A stretch of DNA of 64,000 bases from an uncultured Chloroflexia bacterium (lineage in GTDB: Bacteria; Chloroflexota; Limnocylindria; Limnocylindrales; CSP1-4): assembly GCA_963735785.1 (NCBI GenBank), contig CAVTMH010000001.1, positions 161,444-225,443 of the forward strand, written 5' to 3'. Positions within the stretch are counted from its first letter, which is position 1; the number at the start of each line of letters is the position of its first letter. Of this stretch, positions 35,145 through 42,004 are shown in pieces. A program made the translations under genes and the position numbers. Under the pieces are notes generated by a model. That model worked only from the letters and a program-made list of their open reading frames with translations, had not been told where the DNA came from and did not search any database.

Positions 35145-36926
35145 TCACGTCGTCACCTCGTGCCAGGCGGTCGGCGGGTCGATGTCCTCGGGCTCCGGCG
35201 GGGGCCAAGCAGGGTCCTCGTCACCTACAGCCCACATTGGATCGGACCGCGGACCACCGCGGACCGGGGCGTCAGTCTCGGGTCCGCTGGTCCGCAGTGG
35301 TCCGCGGTCCGCGGCACTCTGACCTGTAGTCGAGTCGCGTAGGGCGATGCCTCGGTAGACGCGAACACGATCCTCACCTTCGCGCGGTCGACCGGCGCGC
35401 ATCCCGGGCACGACGGCGCGGAGGTTCCGCCCGAAGGTTTGGACGTTGCCGGCACGGTTGCCGTTGACTTCGGCCCACGCCTTCCATGCGCCGTAGATGA
35501 CGTCGATCGGCACCTCATGTGTGGGGCCAGTGACGCACTGCTCGCGAACGAACGCGGCGACCGGCGAGGCGAGATCCTGCAAGGCCAGGATCGCCTCATC
35601 AGTGCTTGCTGGCCGGGTGAACCGATCCTGCGCGACGAGCCGGTCCAGGCCGTCGAGCGCCCAGTTCAATATGCCGCTCAACTCCGCGGTCAGCCGATCC
35701 TCGAGGTTGTGATCCTCCCGGTTGAGCCACGACTCGCGGAGGAGCAACACGACGAACCGATTGGCGATCGTGGCCGATGCATCACCGAGCCGCGGCAGCT
35801 CGTTGCTGATGATGAGGAACCGCGTCGGCAGCTTGCCGGTCCACTGCTCCCGGTACTTGCGATTGACGGTGATGGTGTCCTCGCCGCTGATGGCCAGCAG
35901 TCGCTCGACGACGACCGAGGAATCCCTGCTCGCGTCCAGGCGCGCGTCAGAGATGACCGCCAGGCCCTTACCGAGCAGCGGTGCCATCCCGAAGTCGTGG
36001 GACAGGGAGGAGAGCGTTGGGCCGGCCACATTGGCAGGGCCGATGAGCTTGCCGAGGATGCGAGCGATCGTCCCCTTGCCGCCTCGGGTCGGCCCCACGA
36101 TCAACAGGATCTTGTGGTAGTCGAGCCGGCCGGACACGACGTAGCCCATGTACTCCTGCAGCGCCGCGATCGACTCGGGATCATCCGGCCAGAGCTCGGC
36201 TAGGAATCCGAGCCACCCGGCCGGCGACGGCGCATCCGGGTCGAAGGCGAACGGGACCGCAGTCTGGTTGAAGTAGGTCGGTGTGTGCGACAGCAGCTCG
36301 CGTCCGTCGAGCCGAAGCAGGCCGTTCGCGACCGCCACCACGGGATGTCCATCGACGCCGATCCAGGACGGCTGATCTGTCGTCTCGTCGAGGTGAACGA
36401 CCGCGGCCATCGCCTCGAGCAGGTTCCCGATCTTGAACCTGGTCGGCTGCCATGGCTGGAGTGCCTTGTCGGGATCGAGGTAGCTCGCCTTCTCGGTGAA
36501 GGCGTACGCCTCGGCCCGGACGGCGCGCTCCTCACGCTCGGCCCAATGCGACGTTCGCCAGGCCCACCAGCCGCCGCGCCAGTGACGCAGCGTCAACGTG
36601 CCGTGACGATCGTGCCGCTCGGCGAACGTGCGGGCGACGCCCATCGGGCTCGAGGGCGATGGCAGGACCGGCTTCTCCAGGACCTCGGCGACGACCTCGG
36701 GGCCGTGGAGCTTGCTCAGAGCCCGGATCTCCTCGGCGCTGATCCTGGAGCGCCGCAGCCTGGTCACGATCTGTTGGCGCGTCTCCGGCTCTGGTTTGGC
36801 ACCCATTGGTGCCAGTTCTGCCTGCCGGATCGGGGTCGGCTCGGTTGCGTGACCGTTGGCGCGGGTCGACGGCAGGAACCACTCACCGGTCGTGGGGTCC
36901 AAGACCATCGGCTCGTAATCGCTCAC
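35145..36926 (-). CDS. P4/D5-family DNA primase-helicase (SF3 NTPase)
   Basis: 593 aa with a D5_N-like middle region and the Walker A LLIVGPTRGGKGTIARIL. ...LAVISDARL... and ...RFLIISNELP... follow as Walker B and motif C equivalents. The layout resembles phage/plasmid primase, P4-family C-terminal domain. Confidence 0.8.
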   Translation of the reverse strand: MSDYEPMVLDPTTGEWFLPSTRANGHATEPTPIRQAELAPMGAKPEPETRQQIVTRLRRSRISAEEIRALSKLHGPEVVAEVLEKPVLPSPSSPMGVARTFAERHDRHGTLTLRHWRGGWWAWRTSHWAEREERAVRAEAYAFTEKASYLDPDKALQPWQPTRFKIGNLLEAMAAVVHLDETTDQPSWIGVDGHPVVAVANGLLRLDGRELLSHTPTYFNQTAVPFAFDPDAPSPAGWLGFLAELWPDDPESIAALQEYMGYVVSGRLDYHKILLIVGPTRGGKGTIARILGKLIGPANVAGPTLSSLSHDFGMAPLLGKGLAVISDARLDASRDSSVVVERLLAISGEDTITVNRKYREQWTGKLPTRFLIISNELPRLGDASATIANRFVVLLLRESWLNREDHNLEDRLTAELSGILNWALDGLDRLVAQDRFTRPASTDEAILALQDLASPVAAFVREQCVTGPTHEVPIDVIYGAWKAWAEVNGNRAGNVQTFGRNLRAVVPGMRAGRPREGEDRVRVYRGIALRDSTTGQSAADRGPLRTSGPETDAPVRGGPRSDPMWAVGDEDPAWPPPEPEDIDPPTAWHEVTT

Positions 36927-37084
36927 GCCGCCACCTCATCGCGATGACGACGAAGGATTCGAAGGGCTCGAGACAGCCCCTCGAATGGGCCGAAGGGAAT
37001 CCGGCCAACGTCCGAGAGGTGCCAAGCGCCCTCATATGCGACTTCGACGGCAGCTAGGATCGTGCGCAGCTCGTCTCGGGACAT
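36923..37084 (-). CDS. small hypothetical protein (element)
   Basis: ATG at 37084 gives the 53 aa MSRDELRTILAAVEVAYEGAWHLSDVGRIPFGPFEGLSRALRILRRHRDEVAA. Its stop overlaps the primase start by 4 nt. Confidence 0.4.
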   Translation of the reverse strand: MSRDELRTILAAVEVAYEGAWHLSDVGRIPFGPFEGLSRALRILRRHRDEVAA

Positions 37085-37115
37085 GGCGACATCCGCGCTG
37101 GCCGCGGGGGTAGAC

Positions 37116-37346
37116 TCAGCTCGTCGATCGGCGGGCATTGGTGGTGCCCTCCTCGACAACGGCCCCACCGGGCGTACCGATCGCCGGCGGGGCCTTTCTC
37201 TTGTACCGGGGGTTCGGGATCGGGGTGAGCATCGCGGCTGCCCGAGAGAGCAAGTGGGTATCGGAGACGAGGCGCGGTAGCGCCTGGTCCCTAGTGGTCC
37301 GCTCGACGAGCGCCTCTGCGGCCTCGCGGAGCTCGCCGGGGATCAC
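37116..37346 (-). CDS. small hypothetical protein (element)
   Basis: GTG at 37346 forms a GTGA overlap with the XRE-gene stop. The ORF is 76 aa with G/C-rich third positions. Confidence 0.4.
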   Translation of the reverse strand: MIPGELREAAEALVERTTRDQALPRLVSDTHLLSRAAAMLTPIPNPRYKRKAPPAIGTPGGAVVEEGTTNARRSTS

Positions 37347-37555
37347 GGGCGAAACCGTTCTGGTTCGGGCGCTTCGAGCGCATCCAGATAGCGCTCGACG
37401 GCCCGCCTTGGCGGCAGATACATCCCCTCGAGGCTGGCGATCCTGGTCCGGCCGACGCCCATCCGCGCGGCGACGTCGTGCTGGCGCAGCCCTGCGGCCT
37501 TCCGGCGTACCAAGAGGTCCAAGCCAGTGATGCGACGTGCCGTAGCAATTGCCAT
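37343..37555 (-). CDS. XRE/Cro-type helix-turn-helix regulator
   Basis: 70 aa. LVRRKAAGLRQHDVAARMGVGRTRIASLE is a classic HTH_XRE pattern. It is the first gene of the leftward replication operon. Confidence 0.75.
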   Translation of the reverse strand: MAIATARRITGLDLLVRRKAAGLRQHDVAARMGVGRTRIASLEGMYLPPRRAVERYLDALEAPEPERFRP

Positions 37556-37570
37556 ACCGTCATGCTAGGA

Positions 37571-37620
37571 TGGCAAAGTGGCAAAGAGACCTCTGGCAAC
37601 GGCAGGAATGCGGCAGGAAT
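37571..37620. promoter_or_regulatory. candidate operator array between divergent regulators
   Basis: TGGCAAAG occurs twice in tandem (37571-78, 37579-86) and GGCAGGAAT twice with 11-bp spacing (37601-09, 37612-20). GGCA recurs seven times within 37571-37627. A TAGGAT -10-like hexamer lies at 37565-70. Confidence 0.4.
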
Positions 37621-38225
37621 CGGCACGCTTGGTTTCGGACGGGCTCCGGGAAGCTGTCGAGGCACGGTTACGCTTCGGTCTGACCTACGCCGAGATCGCC
37701 CGCGAGCTCGAGGACGAGGAGAAGGCGGGCCGCCTCGCGCATGCGCCAGCCGAACGCACAATCCGGTCGTGGGTGGCGACCGGCAAGGTCCGGCGACCGG
37801 CCGGGCCGCGCGAGCCTTGGTCCGTCGCCAGCGGACGTGCTGACGAAGTGGCTTTCGTCGTGCCAGTCCTTCGCGACTTGGTCCGCATACGTCCGGACGC
37901 ACCGTGGCCCTCCATTCGTGAGGCAGAGATCATCACGAGGATCCGTCGAGTAGCGGATGTCCCGGGCGTGATCGCCCTAACGCTTGCGGGCCTGTACGTC
38001 GAACGCGAAAGACGTCACGAGTCGACCGAGGAGCTCGACCTATATCTGGCCTTCGCACCCTGGCGCGACGAGGAGGCGAATAAGGAGTACATCGTGATCG
38101 CGAACTCCAGCGCCGGCCGCTTTCGTGCCCTATGGGTATCGCAGTTCGAGCCCGGCCGCGTCACGGTGGGCGTGAACGCGACCGTCGGCGTCAGTGTCAG
38201 CGCAGTGCGGCGCTCGGTCCTCTAG
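37578..38225 (+). CDS. putative HTH regulator (repressor-like), divergent from the XRE gene
   Basis: 215-aa ORF (GTG at 37578; in-frame ATG at 37608 is a likelier start). LRFGLTYAEIARELEDE...RTIRSWV looks like an HTH. The rest has no recognised family. Confidence 0.5.
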   Translation: MAKRPLATAGMRQESARLVSDGLREAVEARLRFGLTYAEIARELEDEEKAGRLAHAPAERTIRSWVATGKVRRPAGPREPWSVASGRADEVAFVVPVLRDLVRIRPDAPWPSIREAEIITRIRRVADVPGVIALTLAGLYVERERRHESTEELDLYLAFAPWRDEEANKEYIVIANSSAGRFRALWVSQFEPGRVTVGVNATVGVSVSAVRRSVL

Positions 38226-39625
38226 GCCACGTCTCGCCATTCCACGTCGACCCGCGACGGATCGAACCGACGGCCGCGTTGTGCCACGGGGTTGACGACG
38301 ATCCGGGCCACGAACAGGCGCACGAGCTCGTGGCGCCATGTCACCGGCCGTCGTTCCCATTCCGCCCGAACGTCGATTCCCGCGACCCGGCCGAGTCCGG
38401 CCGTCGATGACGCGGTCTCGAGCTTCCGCCGGGCGGCATCGATGCGCCCCTCCAAGGCTTCGCGGACCCGCTGGTACTGCGCCTTCGGCAGCGTCCGGCG
38501 GACGTAGTAGTCGGCCGACGCCTCGGCCAGGGCATCCTCGTCACCGCGGAGCTGCTCCAGGTCAACGGTCGTCTCGCTGCGACCGGCGCGCGCGGACAAG
38601 GCCGTCCGGAAAGCGGGCGAGTCGAGCCGGAGCATCAGAGCCTCGATGACGAGCGGCTCGAGGTACTTGGCCGCGATCACGAGCCCACCGCAACCGCGGG
38701 TGGCCATGCAGCAATAGCGGGTCACACCGCGCGCATCGGGGCGAGCCACGAGCTTGGCGCCGCACCGTCCGCACACTGCCAAGCCGGTCAGGACATGGCG
38801 GCGCACGGCCCGAGTACCCACGGGGCCGTTACGGGCCGCCAGGACGGCCCTGAGCCGTTCCCACGTCTCGCGATCGAGCAGGGCCGGGATGACGCCGGTC
38901 CCGACGACGACGCCATGGTGGGAGCGATCGCCGACGATGCGGGGGGCGGTCAGCATCCGTTTGAGGCTCGACGCCTCCCAACGACGCCCGGCCGGCGTCA
39001 CGACCCCGCGTCCGTTCCAGTCCGTGACAATCGCAGACACGGACTCGCCGGCGAGGATGCGCTCGGCGGCCTCACGGATGTGCGCGGCCTCCTCTGGCAC
39101 CGCCGCAAGCCGGTCGGGCTGCAGACCGAATGAGCGGATTCCGCCACCGTTCGGGCGGCCCGTCTCGGCGATCTCGCGCGCCTTACGACGGATGCGCAGA
39201 GCAGACGTCTCCGTCTCGAGCTTGGCCCAAGTGATAGACATGCGGAACATCGCCCGTCCGCCCGGACTGGTCAGGTCGATGCCCGGGTCGTTCAGCGAGA
39301 CGATGCCGAACTGCCGCGCGTCGGCCAGATCGATGACCCTCTCGGCTTCCTTCGGATGACGGAGAAGGCGATCGAGCTTGTAGGTCAGCACCGCATCGAC
39401 GTGTACCCCGTCGCCGAGGTCGGCCAGCATCCGCTCGAAGTCCGGGCGCGGTCGCTGCAGGTTCGAGGCAGAGTGGTCGGGATCTTCGTAGATGGCTGCC
39501 ACGCGCCAGCCTTCGCGAGCGGCACGGGCCTGACAGTCACTGATCTGTCGTTGAGTAGCCGTAGCCTCGCCCGCCCGGGCCGTGGCGTCCTCTTGGCTGA
39601 GTCTGGCGTAGATCGCAACGTCCAT
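38222..39625 (-). CDS. large serine recombinase (integrase)
   Basis: MDVAIYARLSQED (catalytic Ser), the resolvase core ...LTYKLDRLLRH..., a recombinase domain, the zinc ribbon CGRCGAKL...YCC...GCGG and a coiled-coil C-terminus. ATG at 39625 (alternative TTG at 39661), 10-46 bp from the element end. Confidence 0.9.
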   Translation of the reverse strand: MDVAIYARLSQEDATARAGEATATQRQISDCQARAAREGWRVAAIYEDPDHSASNLQRPRPDFERMLADLGDGVHVDAVLTYKLDRLLRHPKEAERVIDLADARQFGIVSLNDPGIDLTSPGGRAMFRMSITWAKLETETSALRIRRKAREIAETGRPNGGGIRSFGLQPDRLAAVPEEAAHIREAAERILAGESVSAIVTDWNGRGVVTPAGRRWEASSLKRMLTAPRIVGDRSHHGVVVGTGVIPALLDRETWERLRAVLAARNGPVGTRAVRRHVLTGLAVCGRCGAKLVARPDARGVTRYCCMATRGCGGLVIAAKYLEPLVIEALMLRLDSPAFRTALSARAGRSETTVDLEQLRGDEDALAEASADYYVRRTLPKAQYQRVREALEGRIDAARRKLETASSTAGLGRVAGIDVRAEWERRPVTWRHELVRLFVARIVVNPVAQRGRRFDPSRVDVEWRDVA

Positions 39626-39671
39626 TCCCCGGAGTGTGCGTCCACGAGTGTGCTTTGTCAATCATGGCATC

Positions 39672-41220
39672 CGGCAAGACGACGACGCTCGTGGCCCGGA
39701 TCGCGTGGCTGATCGGCACGGGCGGAGCGCCGGCCGACGGCATCGCGGCGATCACGTTCAACAAGCGCGCCGCGGAGGAGCTCGCGGAGCGGCTCGACTC
39801 GGCCCTGGCGTATCTTGATGTCGCGGCGGGCACGGTCCGCGTCCGGACGTTCCATGCGCTGGGCCGCGAGATCCTTCGCGACGCGTGCCACTCGGTGGAG
39901 CCGCTGGTCGATCGGGCGACGATCATCCGGGAACTCTGGCCGGACGTGACCTCGGTCGAGATCGGACAGCTCGACACGGCGTTCTCGCGTTTGAAGCTGG
40001 ACCTTGGCGCGGTGGCGGCGGATGTCGCCGCGGATCCTGGTGCCGGGCCGGTCGCCCGGGCCTTCGTCGCGTACGAGGGCGCGATCATGTCGCGAGGCGG
40101 GCTCGACTTCGACGACCTCATCGGACGCGCGCTACGTGCGCTCGACGGCGACGCGGTCCTGCTGGCCAGATGGCGTGAACGCTGCAGCCACCTGCTCGTC
40201 GACGAGGTCCAGGACGTGGACCGTTCGCAGATCCGCCTCGCGCTGCTCCTGGCCGCGCCGACCAACAGGATCTTCCTCGTCGGAGACGACGACCAGTCGA
40301 TCTATGGCTGGCGGTTGGCCGATGTTCGCCGAGTGCTCGCGCTGGATGCGGCACTCCCCGGTCTGCGCCGTGTCGACCTGCATGTGAACCACCGCTGTCC
40401 AGTGCCGGTCGTGGAACGCGCGGTCCGGCTCATCGAACACAACCGCGAGCGGTTCGCCAAGATCGTCCGACCGCGACCCGATGCGCCCGGTCGCCTGATC
40501 CTGGCGCCGGACGCGACCGACGAGCCGGCACGGACCGAGCGGCTGCTCCGGTCATGGCCCGACGACGACGGTACGCGCGCGATCCTGGCCAGGTCGAATC
40601 GCGAGTTGCGGCCCGCGGTGCTGGCTGCCCTCGCCGCCGGCGAGCCGTTCCGGGCGCCGTCCGTCGGCCTCCTCGTCGACGATCCGGCGCTCGACGAGTT
40701 GCTTGCGCGCGCCGCCACCGCGACAGATCCCCATCAACCGCTCCTCGTCCGGCTCGCGGCTGTTCGGCGCGGACTCGCGACCGACGGGACGGACGCGCAA
40801 CGGGAGCTCGCCACCGCCCTGCTGGCCTGGGCTCCGCCGTACGCCGACCTGGAGGCGCTCGTCGCCGCGATGGCATCGACGCGCGCGAGGCTCGGTGCGC
40901 TTCGCCGCGACGACGCCCGGCTCAGCCTCGCCACGGCGCACTCGACGAAGGGCGCCGAATTCGACCATGTCGCCGTGGTCGGGATGGAACAGGGCCGCTT
41001 CCCCAGCGGCCGCGCCGTCGCCGAGTCCACCGAACCGGGGCGTGCGCTCGAGGAGGAGCGGCGCCTCGGCTACGTCGCCTGGACCCGGGCGCGCCGGACC
41101 CTCACCCTGAGCTACGACCCGGCGGTCCCCTCCCAGTTCCTCCTGGAGGCGTTCAGCCGCGAGGAGCTCGGGCTGGACGAGGAGCGGGCGCCCGCGCCAC
41201 TCACCCTCTCGAGCGATTGA
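39672..41220 (+). pseudogene. 3' fragment (516 codons) of the UvrD/Rep/PcrA-family helicase gene
   Basis: It resumes with GKTTTLVARIAWL..., then ITFNKRAAEEL, RTFHALG, LLVDEVQDV, FLVGDDDQSIYGWR, NHRC, TAHSTKGAEFDHV and YVAWTRAR. The ORF-track start (MCVHECALSIMAS) is element DNA read in frame. Confidence 0.85.
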
Positions 41221-41527
41221 TCTCGCGGAGCAAGCGGTCGATGGACTCCAGGAAGGGCTCGGTCAGGTCCGATGGCAAAGCGTCCCGGATCGAGTCCTTG
41301 GGGCCGTAGGCCGCACGGGCTCGCAGCGCCGCCGACCGCAGTCCACGCAGGTCGTCGTCGCGAAGCCGATCCGGCAGCGACGCGAGATACGCGGTCCAGC
41401 GTTCGTGACCGCGTTCCCGCGCGCCGATCAGCAATCGATCGGCATGGCGTGCCGCCTGCAGGCCGAGGTCGTCGATGACCGGGTACTGATGGCGCGCCGG
41501 GACGATGGTCCGGGCGGAGTCAGACAT
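41201..41527 (-). CDS. hypothetical protein
   Basis: ATG at 41527 gives the 108 aa MSDSARTIVPARHQYPVIDDLGLQAARHADRLL... It has an 8-nt overlap with the upstream ORF and a 20-nt convergent overlap with the helicase 3' end. Confidence 0.5.
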   Translation of the reverse strand: MSDSARTIVPARHQYPVIDDLGLQAARHADRLLIGARERGHERWTAYLASLPDRLRDDDLRGLRSAALRARAAYGPKDSIRDALPSDLTEPFLESIDRLLREINRSRG

Positions 41528-41966
41528 CGTGGGCTGTCGCGGTGGCCCCTTCGGGACCGGACTCGTCGGACGGCTTGATGAGGAGCAGCGGGAGGCGCTT
41601 CCGTTCCGATCCGTTGACGAGCAGGCGGAACGAGTAGTCACCCGGCGAGGGGAACGTGAGGTTCCACAGGTCGATCGAAAAGGTCAGCGTCGCGTCGCGT
41701 CCGTCGCGCTGGCTGCGCGCGACGAGGCTCCCCGTCGCGCCGGCCACCTCTCCGCCGTCGGGGTCGAGCAGCACGAAGCGGATCTCATGCTCCCGCTCCG
41801 TCTCGGGCGCGGTGACGGCCAACCCGATGACGAGCGCGAGATGCGGGTGGCGCAGCGGGAAGCGCCGTCCGCCGATCCGCGCGATGCCTCCGCCGAGGAC
41901 GTGGAATTTCTGGCCCGGGACGGTCTCGGCCGCATCGGCCAGGAATGCGAAGTCGATGTCGGGCAC
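41520..41966 (-). CDS. hypothetical beta-rich protein downstream of uvrA
   Basis: 148 aa, MPDIDFAFLADAAETVPGQKFHVLGGGI...FSIDLWNLTFPSPGDYSFRLLVNG. No family assigned with confidence. Confidence 0.55.
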   Translation of the reverse strand: MPDIDFAFLADAAETVPGQKFHVLGGGIARIGGRRFPLRHPHLALVIGLAVTAPETEREHEIRFVLLDPDGGEVAGATGSLVARSQRDGRDATLTFSIDLWNLTFPSPGDYSFRLLVNGSERKRLPLLLIKPSDESGPEGATATAHDV

Positions 41967-42004
41967 GTCGTAATGCTAGCCCGCGGGGGTGGTCGGTGGA
42001 AGCC

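Larger units (their letters stand above)
29192..39671. mobile_element. 10,480-bp integrated element (serine-recombinase type; satellite-like / non-autonomous prophage-like) inserted in the helicase gene
   Basis: It is flanked by the two halves of one helicase ORF, with TC at both junctions (29190-91, 39670-71). It carries a large serine recombinase at the right end, an XRE switch, a P4/D5 primase-helicase, an HNH endonuclease and many ORFans with coupled start/stop overlaps. Codon third positions are visibly less GC-biased than the flanks. Confidence 0.85.

Noticed and set aside
29192-39671. Complete temperate prophage
   Set aside because: The insert is only 10.5 kb and has no recognisable capsid, portal, terminase, tape-measure or lysis genes. 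It was called a satellite-like or non-autonomous element instead.
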